Below, one piece after another: positions 40,540 through 48,950 of a stretch of 64,000 nucleotides of DNA (positions are counted from its first letter, which is position 1; each line of letters opens with the position of its first letter). The notes under the pieces are model-generated. The model did no database searches. It saw nothing but the letters and a program-made list of their open reading frames with translations, and had not been told where the DNA came from. A program made the translations under genes and the position numbers. This DNA comes from Faecousia sp. (GTDB taxonomy: Bacteria; Bacillota; Clostridia; Oscillospirales; Oscillospiraceae), in contig JAZRLK010000104.1 of the NCBI GenBank assembly GCA_045646805.1, positions 1,704 through 65,703 on the forward strand, written 5' to 3'.

Positions 40540-41103
40540 TCAAGCCCACGGGTCAGCAGATTTGGGTTCCCGGATTCCAACCAAAATAAACTGATCCCAA
40601 AGAAACCACTTCCCATCCCCTCTTCTGCGCAGCACGATCTCCCGGGGGTTATCAGCGCCGCCACTACGGATATGCAGTTTTTTATAACCAGGATTGGCAT
40701 CGGCATAGGGACCGGCCTCAATGGTCAATGTATAAGGCTGGGTAGGTGTGTAGTCGTTTTCAGGCTTTGCACCGGCAAAGTAAGAAAACGGCACATGGTG
40801 ACCGTCACGGAAACGGTCATTCAGGAAAGAAATTTCATGAGGACTGAGCGGGCGAGGGCCACGAAGCCAGTTCAGCATTTCCGTACCGATTGATTTGTCG
40901 GCTGCATAAACGCACAAGGCGCACACAGTCATTGCTGCGGTTTGAAATGGATCTGTCAATGCCGCCTCAGGCATTGCCTGCATTTGTGCCAGGCTCTCCG
41001 GAAGGACGGTAAAGGTAAAGGTCTTTTTCATTGCGCCAGCCGGATGACTCGTTATATTCGCAGTTCCGGAAATGCCGCTTTTCAACTTATCAAAAATAGA
41101 CAT
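40540..41103 (-). CDS. Conserved hypothetical protein (DUF6935-like)
   Basis: SYF.GA.PENDY.P..PY, SGGAD.PR, DPW terminus. Confidence 0.65.
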   Translation of the reverse strand: MSIFDKLKSGISGTANITSHPAGAMKKTFTFTVLPESLAQMQAMPEAALTDPFQTAAMTVCALCVYAADKSIGTEMLNWLRGPRPLSPHEISFLNDRFRDGHHVPFSYFAGAKPENDYTPTQPYTLTIEAGPYADANPGYKKLHIRSGGADNPREIVLRRRGDGKWFLWDQFILVGIREPKSADPWA

Positions 41104-41116
41104 CCTTTTCGCTCCC

Positions 41117-42607
41117 TTATTTATTTTTCTTCTTTTTCACAATTAGAATAATGACTACTACCGTGCCTGCTGTCAGCATAGCAGCCACAACAATTGCAAC
41201 AATCACAACCAACCAAATCAGATCGAAACCGCTGATGTCAAGAGCATCGCTTCCGCTATTGGTATCGGTTGTGTCCGGCTTTTCCGTTATCGTGCCGGTG
41301 GTAATATTACTATCCGAAGAATCTGGAGGTGTTACCGGTGCATCGGTGGGAACTTCCGTTTCATCAGGTGCGGTAGTTTCCGATTCCGTTTCATCAGGGG
41401 TCTTCTCGGATGCTTCCTTTACCACCAAAGTATATGTAGCATAATCTTCGCCATTATCGTTGCCTGCGCAAATCGTGAAGGTATAACTGCCGGCCTTGGT
41501 AGGTATGCCTTCCAGAACACCCCGATCGGTAATGATTAATCCGGTTTTACGCAAATCATTGGGTTTACCGGGGTTATAGTACTCCCAAAAGTCAGCGTTA
41601 GGATCACCGCAGTCAATTTTGACGGAGTATTTTTCTCCTACATAGGCTGTAGGCAGACTTTTCAGAGTAATAGCCGGGGGCATATCACCGGCACCACCGG
41701 CACCGGAAGCAGGTACTACTGTAATATAAACAAATGTAAAAGCATCGCCGTGTTTCAGTTTGATTTTTACATCTCCCTGATTCTTCAGAGGCTCTTTGGT
41801 GTACTCTAAATACTGACCATCTTTGCTGATCATAGTGGAACCGTCAAAGGTAGTGATCTTCACCCGCATACCGGTCGGATCGAAGGTCTCCCCCACCATA
41901 TAGGTGGTTTGGGTCGGATAATCCAGCACTTCCAGAGAAGCTTGTGGAGCATCTGTTACTGTCAGGTCAAAGGAGACGGAGTCCTCGCCGCTGGGACCGG
42001 TCGCCAAAATATTGATATGGCAGTTGCCGGTCTTGGTAGGTGTACCGTCGATGATGCCATTAGAATGGAGCGTCAGGCCGAAACTTGACAGTTCAGAACC
42101 CATAAACTCAGAGAAGACCGCATTGGCATCGGAACTGCTTATCTGCACATAATATTCTTCTCCAATCACCGCATTGGGAAGCTCTTTAGTGGCAATTGTC
42201 AGAGATTGTTTACCCTGAATTATAAAAGGTTCGCTATCCAGATATCCAGCCAATTGCGTCTGTTTTGAATCGCTGTAGAAGCCGACACGGCAAATATACT
42301 CTCTTCCTGCATCGGCATCCGTCCAGGTAACGGATTGACCGTATTTATCAGGCCCATTGCTGCAAAGCCATGTATAACCCAGATTCATATGCAGTGCCGC
42401 ATTGTACATATCGGAGCTTGTATCCCCGTTTAATTCGCTGGTCTGAACTACGCTCATGGAAGTGGCGTACAGGTCTACTGTAGCCGTTCCGCCAACCTCA
42501 AAACTGCTGTCAGACAAAAACCATACTTTACCACTATCTGCATGTACACAGATGGTTAAAGATAATAGCATTGCAATCAGCAGGCATGCAGTTATCATTT
42601 TTTTCAT
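41117..42607 (-). CDS. Type I membrane surface protein with multiple Ig-like domains
   Basis: Signal peptide; domains shared with 32139 and 30327 (YYNPGK.ND..KTGL); P/T/E stalk; TM + poly-Lys. Confidence 0.8.
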   Translation of the reverse strand: MKKMITACLLIAMLLSLTICVHADSGKVWFLSDSSFEVGGTATVDLYATSMSVVQTSELNGDTSSDMYNAALHMNLGYTWLCSNGPDKYGQSVTWTDADAGREYICRVGFYSDSKQTQLAGYLDSEPFIIQGKQSLTIATKELPNAVIGEEYYVQISSSDANAVFSEFMGSELSSFGLTLHSNGIIDGTPTKTGNCHINILATGPSGEDSVSFDLTVTDAPQASLEVLDYPTQTTYMVGETFDPTGMRVKITTFDGSTMISKDGQYLEYTKEPLKNQGDVKIKLKHGDAFTFVYITVVPASGAGGAGDMPPAITLKSLPTAYVGEKYSVKIDCGDPNADFWEYYNPGKPNDLRKTGLIITDRGVLEGIPTKAGSYTFTICAGNDNGEDYATYTLVVKEASEKTPDETESETTAPDETEVPTDAPVTPPDSSDSNITTGTITEKPDTTDTNSGSDALDISGFDLIWLVVIVAIVVAAMLTAGTVVVIILIVKKKKNK

Positions 42608-42641
42608 AATTCTTTCTCCTTTTTGCCTGTTATATTGCGCC

Positions 42642-43598
42642 TTATTTCTTCTTTTTCTTTATCACAAGCAGTATCACTATACCGCCGATGATGCAAACCA
42701 CAAAGATCAGCACAACGCCCATAACTATCGCAATCACCAAGGCCAGATCAACATCTGTGTTGTCGCCGTGATTATCAGGCTGAGCATTTTGCACCTGGTT
42801 TGTATTGTTGTTATCCGAAGGAGGCGTTGGCGCATCGGTTGGTGCCTCGGTAGGAATAGCCTCCCACAATGCTGTTGCGGTTATAATGCCGTCCACATAA
42901 ATGGTGTCACCGGGCTGCATTTCCTGTCCGTCCACCAGCCAGCATTGAAACTGCTGACCATTGGGGGCTGTAAAATCGCATTCGGGCAAGGTATACTCGC
43001 CAGTGATTTCTGCTTTAGCCATAGTGCCGGTACCGCCACCATTTTCAAAGTAAACCCGAGGAGGAATCGGCTCCCATATTGCGGTAATGGTTTTGTTGCC
43101 ACTCATATAAGTGGTGTCATCGGGCTGCAAATTCACCCCGTCCACGCGCCAGCACTTGAATTGATTACCTTCGGGAGGAATGAAATCGCAACGGGGTAAT
43201 CTCAAATTGCCACCGCCCATATAGACAGTCTCCATCGTGCCGGAACCGCCGTTACCGTCAAAGGTAGCTCTGGGGTCATCCCAGGCAGGAGAATAGTTTA
43301 ACTGCCAAACTGCATCAACGGTTATGATTTCGTCCACATAAATGGTTTCACCGGGCTGCATTTCCTGGTCGTACACTCGCCAGCATTTAAAGGAGTAGTT
43401 ATCGTAGTGAATGAAGCCGCATTCCGGCAGCGTGTAATCGCCGCTTACGGATACAGGATCCATATTACCGTAACTGTTGCCGTGATAAAAAACGACTCCG
43501 GTCTCGGAAATTTCACTGTCATCAGCCGCCAGGACAGTCGGTGCCATCATAGTAAAGGCCATAATTATGCACAGGAATATTACAAAAGTTTTTTTCAT
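42642..43598 (-). CDS. Type I membrane protein with three InlB B-repeat (Flg_new-like) domains
   Basis: Three G.M....G...LP.C.F......F.CW.V....QP.. repeats; TM + poly-Lys. Confidence 0.8.
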   Translation of the reverse strand: MKKTFVIFLCIIMAFTMMAPTVLAADDSEISETGVVFYHGNSYGNMDPVSVSGDYTLPECGFIHYDNYSFKCWRVYDQEMQPGETIYVDEIITVDAVWQLNYSPAWDDPRATFDGNGGSGTMETVYMGGGNLRLPRCDFIPPEGNQFKCWRVDGVNLQPDDTTYMSGNKTITAIWEPIPPRVYFENGGGTGTMAKAEITGEYTLPECDFTAPNGQQFQCWLVDGQEMQPGDTIYVDGIITATALWEAIPTEAPTDAPTPPSDNNNTNQVQNAQPDNHGDNTDVDLALVIAIVMGVVLIFVVCIIGGIVILLVIKKKKK

Positions 43599-43667
43599 GA
43601 TCAATTCTCCTTAGTTTAATCTCTGCTCTGCATTTTGCAGATGCGACAAGGTTATTTCTTTTAAAGA

Positions 43668-44042
43668 TCACATTGCAATCTCCAGTACATCCGAAAGTAC
43701 CGGATTTCCGGTTTCTTCCAACCGTGTTGCACATTGCTTGCACATATCCAGATCGTCACAGATCAGGAAGCAACGATTGCAAATCAGCCGCTTGCAGATT
43801 GGACAGTAATTCAGGTGCTCCGCGGCATCCCGGACAGAGCTCTGCCGGGCACTCTGGAATTCCTGCTCATAAACTGCATCGTAGATGACTTTTTTTCCCT
43901 CTGTCTGCGGCATAATGCCCGCTTTGGAGAAGCGAATTGGCTTATTGGCAAATTCCGTTCCGCAAGCGCCGCAAGCAATGCGGAAGAGGAATACTTCCCT
44001 TGTGGATAGATTCTCCAACAGTGCCTCGATCAATTTTTTCAA
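43668..44042 (-). CDS. Small Cys-rich Zn-finger protein, first gene of the operon
   Basis: CxxC plus CPIC...CNRC...C...CKQC. Confidence 0.7.
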   Translation of the reverse strand: MKKLIEALLENLSTREVFLFRIACGACGTEFANKPIRFSKAGIMPQTEGKKVIYDAVYEQEFQSARQSSVRDAAEHLNYCPICKRLICNRCFLICDDLDMCKQCATRLEETGNPVLSDVLEIAM

Positions 44043-44109
44043 GCACAGCTCACCGCCTTTCTTCCTTCGGATAACTTTATTTTATATATAAAATAAATCC
44101 AATAAAATA

Positions 44110-44147
44110 ATCCCAAGGATACTTTATGAGAAAAGTATCCTTGGGAT
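44110..44147. promoter_or_regulatory. Perfect 16-bp inverted repeat, candidate activator site
   Basis: atcccaaggatacttt-atgaga-aaagtatccttgggat, just upstream of the -35 position of a TAAAAT -10 (minus strand, 44084-44079). Confidence 0.6.
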
Positions 44148-44153
44148 ATGTAA

Positions 44154-44192
44154 AAAACGCACAAGTGACGCATCTGCCACTTGTGCATTTTA
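44154..44192 (-). terminator. Terminator of the LuxR gene
   Basis: gcacaagtg...cacttgtgc stem with flanking A/T runs. Confidence 0.6.
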
Positions 44193-44200
44193 TATAGGTC

Positions 44201-45229
44201 TTATTTGATTTCTACCCTCTCTCCATACAGCTCGTCCAGTCGGTTACAGCATCGGAATAACTCGATGTACAGCATCAACTCGTCACGGGAAGCAACCTCC
44301 AGCTTCTGATAAATACTACGATTATGCTTTTTTACCGTATGGATGCTGATATATGCAAGGTCCGGAATATCGGAAATTTCCCGACCATCGATATAGTAAT
44401 TCAAAATGCGCCGTTCTGCCGATGAGAGAGTTTTTACCTTTTGGGCAAAGGAAGAAAACAATTCTTCCATATTGGGCGGCAGTTCACCTGCAGTATAGGT
44501 GGTATGCATCTGCGTCAGCATCTGCACACTGACCATTGTACCGCCGGGCTGGACGATACCGTAATCCCGCAGCATACTGTAAATAGCCAGAAGCATAATC
44601 TCTGTGGCGATATAAGATACTGACAGAAATTCAAAATCCACGTCGATGATCTGCTCAACACCCCAGATGATCAAATTTGACAGAACTACCGCTACCAAGA
44701 ATACGGCATATTTTGGCGAGACCAATTTCTTCTTCCGGGCGGAATATATAATCACGGCGACCATGGTTATGAAATAAGAAAGCAGGTACACGGGATACAG
44801 AGTATGCAGCGGACCGTAATCTTTCACCAGCCTGGTAACACCGTTGACCGTAGTAATGGTGACTGCCTTATAATAAAGTCCAAGCCAATCGCCGCTAGCT
44901 GCCAGTAGGAAGGCAACGGTACTAATACCAATCAGCAAACCAGTTAGCCATTTTCTTCTGCACACCTGGCACACATCCATAATGATGATCAGCATGACCA
45001 AAACAGAGTAGGCCGCACCCATATAAGAAAGACGATTTGCCATCATCGCCCAATCCAGTGTATGGGAGATGGACTGAAGAAAGTAACCGCAGTTGACCGC
45101 CAATATGCAAAGAAAGAGCGTAATGAAAAGGCCATTTTTCTTTTTCTCCAGCAGTGCATAGCCAATCAGCACCAAGGCCGACAACAGCACAATAATCCCA
45201 TATACAATTGCCATATTGCCGTTTTTCAT
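44201..45229 (-). CDS. Membrane-bound LuxR-family regulator (HisKA_7TM-like sensor + LuxR HTH)
   Basis: About 7 TM helices with YGPLH..Y motif; LS..ERRIL...I.......HTVKKH..SIY.KL.V.SR HTH; promoter TTGCAA-17-TATAAT at 45297-45269. Confidence 0.85.
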   Translation of the reverse strand: MKNGNMAIVYGIIVLLSALVLIGYALLEKKKNGLFITLFLCILAVNCGYFLQSISHTLDWAMMANRLSYMGAAYSVLVMLIIIMDVCQVCRRKWLTGLLIGISTVAFLLAASGDWLGLYYKAVTITTVNGVTRLVKDYGPLHTLYPVYLLSYFITMVAVIIYSARKKKLVSPKYAVFLVAVVLSNLIIWGVEQIIDVDFEFLSVSYIATEIMLLAIYSMLRDYGIVQPGGTMVSVQMLTQMHTTYTAGELPPNMEELFSSFAQKVKTLSSAERRILNYYIDGREISDIPDLAYISIHTVKKHNRSIYQKLEVASRDELMLYIELFRCCNRLDELYGERVEIK

Positions 45230-45402
45230 GCGCAGTATACTCCCTCCTTCCATAAATATCCAGCGTGCATTATAACATATTTTTTTATTTTTTGCAAGGT
45301 AATTTCCTTCTACATTCTTAATCGCCCTATGATAGAATCGTTTGCATATCACCATAAGAAGTGGAAAGAATATCTAATACCAAATAATTCGGAGGTATGT
45401 TT

Positions 45403-46068
45403 ATGTTCAAACACGAAAAGATGTTGTTTCATCCTGTAGCAGTAGAAAGACCGAACCCGCAGTATGCAGCGCTTTTGCAGGAACAGCTTGGCGGTGGTAA
45501 CGGTGAGCTTAAGGCGGCAATGCAGTATATGTCCCAGAGCTTTCGAATCAAAGACCCCGAAATTAAGGATTTGTTCCTTGACATCGCCGCAGAAGAACTT
45601 GGCCATATGGAGATGGTGGCACAGACTATCAATCTACTGAACGGACACGATGTTGATGCTCAGACTGTGCCTTCCGGCGAGATCCAGTCGCATGTTATTT
45701 TAGGTCTTAACCCCGGTCTGATCAACGCCTCGGGGTACTCCTGGACTGCCGATTATGTTACGGTTACTGGTGACCTCTGTGCAGACCTGCTGAGTAATAT
45801 CGCATCTGAACAGCGTGCAAAGGTGGTTTATGAATACCTCTACCGTCAAATCAATGACAAAAAGGTGCGTGAAACAATCGACTTCCTGTTAAACCGTGAG
45901 GAAGCTCACAATCAGATGTTCCGTGACGCTTTTAACAAGGTACAGGATTCCGGTTCTAACCGAGATTTCGGCACAACAAAGGCTGCTAAAATGTATTTTT
46001 CTATGTCGGATCCGGGTCCCAATGCTTTTGCAACAAATGTTACAAAGCCTGTTTCTTTTGATAAGTAA
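45403..46068 (+). CDS. Manganese catalase family protein (intact)
   Basis: EQLGG.NGE, EELGH.E, ASEQRAK, REEAH; start set by RBS GGAGGT spacing. Confidence 0.9.
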   Translation: MFKHEKMLFHPVAVERPNPQYAALLQEQLGGGNGELKAAMQYMSQSFRIKDPEIKDLFLDIAAEELGHMEMVAQTINLLNGHDVDAQTVPSGEIQSHVILGLNPGLINASGYSWTADYVTVTGDLCADLLSNIASEQRAKVVYEYLYRQINDKKVRETIDFLLNREEAHNQMFRDAFNKVQDSGSNRDFGTTKAAKMYFSMSDPGPNAFATNVTKPVSFDK

Positions 46069-46073
46069 TTTTA

Positions 46074-46107
46074 AAACCGCTGAAAGCATAAAAACTTTCA
46101 GCGGTTT
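46074..46107. terminator. Bidirectional terminator
   Basis: aaaccgctgaaag...ctttcagcggttt. Confidence 0.75.
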
Positions 46108-46125
46108 GCTCTATCTATTCTGATT

Positions 46126-46536
46126 TTAATGACAACCATGTGAGCCGCAGTTACTTCCGCAACCGTGATCGCCGCAGGTGTGGCCCTCTCCGTGATGATG
46201 GTCGTGGTGGTCGCACTTAGCATCCGGATCAAAATCCAGGCATCCATTAACAAATGCCTCCACTGCCTCGTCTGCATCACCGCGCACACCGCCATACAGC
46301 TTGATACCAGCTTGCGCCAGAGCCATCTGTGCACCGCCACCGATGCCGCCGCAAATAAGGACATCTGCATTCAGAGCAGAAAGAAGTCCGGTCAAGGCGC
46401 CGTGGCCGCTGCCGTTGGTATCTACCACTTCTTCGCTCACTATCTTTCCATCCTCTACCTCGTAGATCTTAAACTGCGCGGTATGACCAAAGTGCTGAAA
46501 AATTTCACGGTTTTCATAAGTTACTGCAATTTTCAT
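46126..46536 (-). CDS. NifB/NifX-family (FeMo-co-binding fold) protein with His-rich tail
   Basis: IFQHFGH, LICGGIG.GA, CDHHDHHHGEGHTC. Confidence 0.85.
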   Translation of the reverse strand: MKIAVTYENREIFQHFGHTAQFKIYEVEDGKIVSEEVVDTNGSGHGALTGLLSALNADVLICGGIGGGAQMALAQAGIKLYGGVRGDADEAVEAFVNGCLDFDPDAKCDHHDHHHGEGHTCGDHGCGSNCGSHGCH

Positions 46537-47906
46537 AAAGCTATCTCCTTATCTAATCTTCTAAGTGATTTTTTGAACTGAACGGCAAAAAGAACGGCCG
46601 TAAAGGTTACTGCTATAATATCTGCCACCGGCTCTGCCGTGTAAACGCCCATGGTCTTATTCTGTACAAGATCGGGAATCAAATAAATAAACGGCAGCAG
46701 CAGAACAAATTTACGAACAATAGCAACAATAATGGAACAAATTGCATTTCCGGTGGAAACAAATGTCATCTGACAAGCGATCTGGATGCCGAAAATGCAC
46801 AACACGCCGCAATAGATCCGCAGAGCATTGGCGGTAAAGTCGATCAGCGCCGTATCGGGCGTAAAGATCCCCGCAAACACCTTTGGGAACAGCATAATTG
46901 CACCCCAAATGACACAGGAATATCCAACACAGGTTATTAATAAAAGTTTGAAGGTCTTCTTTACACGGTCGGTATTCTTTGCTCCGTAGTTGTAGCTGGA
47001 AATTGGCTGTGCGCCCTGGGCTAAGCCTTGCATAGGTAGCATAGCAAACTGCATAACGCTGGTGAGGATGGTCATAGCGCCTACGGCAATGTCGCCACCG
47101 TATTGGAGCAAAGAGGAATTAAAGCAAACAGAAATCACACTTTCGCTGCTTTGCATAATAAAGGCAGAAAGGCCTAAAGCTACACACGGAAAAACAAGTT
47201 TTCCATTAATACGCATATTCTTCCATTGCAGCTTTAGGTAGGTCCTCTTCCCTCTCAGAAAGCTTAGCACCCAAACACTGGATATCGCCTGTGAAATGAT
47301 GGTAGCCAGTGCCGCACCCTGCACACCGAGATCACAAACGAAAATGAAGATGTAATCAAGGATGATATTGCTGACTGCACCGATCAGCACCGTCATCATA
47401 CCTACTTTCGCGAAACCTTGGGCAGTAATAAACGCACCCATACCAAGTGTAAGCTGAACGAAGATCGTGCCCAAAGCGTAGATGTTCATATAGTCAGTGG
47501 CATAGTCAATAGTATTTTCACTTGCACCGAACATCAAAAGCAGATCCTCGTTCCAGATCAGCAATACGGCTGTAAGAATTACGGAGATAATAAGCTGAAG
47601 TGTGAAGCTGCCGCCCAAGATCTTTTCTGCAGATTCGTTATCACCTTTACCCATATAAATGGATGCCCTTGGCGCGCCGCCGGAGCTGATGAGAGCCGCA
47701 AACGCGGATATGATCATAATGATAGGCATGCAAACGCCCACGCCCGTCAGAGCTAAGCTCCCGTCCCCCGGCATATGACCGATAAAGATTCGATCAACGA
47801 TGTTGTAGAGCATATTAATAAGCTGAGCCACCACCGTAGGAAGCGCCAACTTAAAAAGTAGCTTTCCAATCGGTGCCGTACCCAGCATCTCTTTGTTGTC
47901 TTGCAA
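46533..47906 (-). CDS. MATE family efflux transporter
   Basis: LYNIVDRIFIG, NIILDY.FI....GV.GAALAT, about 12 TM. Confidence 0.92.
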   Translation of the reverse strand: MQDNKEMLGTAPIGKLLFKLALPTVVAQLINMLYNIVDRIFIGHMPGDGSLALTGVGVCMPIIMIISAFAALISSGGAPRASIYMGKGDNESAEKILGGSFTLQLIISVILTAVLLIWNEDLLLMFGASENTIDYATDYMNIYALGTIFVQLTLGMGAFITAQGFAKVGMMTVLIGAVSNIILDYIFIFVCDLGVQGAALATIISQAISSVWVLSFLRGKRTYLKLQWKNMRINGKLVFPCVALGLSAFIMQSSESVISVCFNSSLLQYGGDIAVGAMTILTSVMQFAMLPMQGLAQGAQPISSYNYGAKNTDRVKKTFKLLLITCVGYSCVIWGAIMLFPKVFAGIFTPDTALIDFTANALRIYCGVLCIFGIQIACQMTFVSTGNAICSIIVAIVRKFVLLLPFIYLIPDLVQNKTMGVYTAEPVADIIAVTFTAVLFAVQFKKSLRRLDKEIAL

Positions 47907-48011
47907 TTTTAATCACCTGCGAATTTATTAATCTGCCTATAATATTACCGCAAATCTCCTTTTCCGTCAACGCACCAATTGTTAATTTTATGACAAAAAA
48001 ACGCTGTCCAC

Positions 48012-48110
48012 CCACGACCGGCAATAAAATAAAAAACGATTTTTGATAACCCGAAAATTATTGCTATTGCTCGACTTTCGGCAGCTTTTGCACGATAGAA
48101 CAAGCTGTTT
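48012..48110 (+). repeat. Element-end sequence, copy B
   Basis: ccacgaccg...atttttgataacccgaaaattattgctattgctcgactttcggc...tgcacgatagaacaagctgttt. Confidence 0.7.
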
Positions 48111-48127
48111 TCACTGTAAAATACCAT

Positions 48128-48880
48128 TTAAGAATCATAACCACCGGCCGTGCCGGTGGTATGCACTAGCCCCCCTGGGGCATGCCCTTGGCTGAGCCTA
48201 TAGGCTCGTCGAAAAGTCTGCCAACCGCGCAGATGTCACGGGCTGCCCCTAAAGGGGCTTTTGTTTATTTGCCCTCTTTTACTGGCTGACCCGTGAACGG
48301 GTCGACATACTCTTTTATACTTATTTGGTCGTCGGAATAATCTTCCTGTAGCTGGTTTCGGATGTACTCTTGTATTGCCTTCTTATTGGCTCCTACTGTA
48401 CTTACATAATATCCCCGGCACCAGAAATGCCGGTTACCATACTTGTACTTGAGGTTGGCGTACTTCTCGAAGATCATTAAGCTACTCTTTCCTTTAAGAT
48501 AGCCCATAATCTGTGCTACACTATACTTGGGCGGGATTGATACGAGCATATGAATATGATCCTTGCACGCTTCTGCCTCGATTATTTCGATGCCCTTGTA
48601 CTCGCATAGTTTCCTAAGCATTTACCCTATATCCGCTTTTATCTTACCGTAAATTATTTGACGACGATATTTCGGGGCGAATACGATATGGTATTTACAT
48701 TCCCACTTCGTATGTGCTAAACTGTTAGTGTCAAGTTTCATCTGGACTTGATTCCTCCTATGTTTAAGTAATGGCGGTTGGCAGACCACCATTACTATAA
48801 CCATAGGAGGATATTTTTTCTATGCATAGCTAAAGCTTTTTGGAACCACCGGCACTGCCGGTGGTTTTCTTTATACAATA
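48128..48880 (-). mobile_element. IS200/IS605-family element (tnpA only); ends approximate
   Basis: Subterminal hairpins accaccggc-nnn-gccggtggt at 48140-48160 and 48845-48865 flank a Y1 transposase. Confidence 0.85.
48265..48741 (-). pseudogene. tnpA: IS200 transposase with in-frame stop
   Basis: YHIVFAPKYRR...ADIG*MLRKLC...DHIH (HUH)...FWCRGYYV; TAA at 48624-48622. Confidence 0.85.
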
Positions 48881-48950
48881 ATAACCAGATGGTACTGCTA
48901 CCATCTGGTTATTACTATAATGTATGTGATTTTACTTTTGCTACAAAGCT

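Noticed and set aside
26764-44042. Prophage, pilus, type VII secretion or DGR explanation for the big operon
   Set aside because: No capsid, terminase or tail genes; no sortase or pilin motifs; no FtsK-type ATPase or WXG100; no reverse transcriptase or template repeat seen
46126-46536. Nitrogen fixation
   Set aside because: Stand-alone NifB/NifX-fold proteins are common in non-diazotrophs; no nif genes nearby
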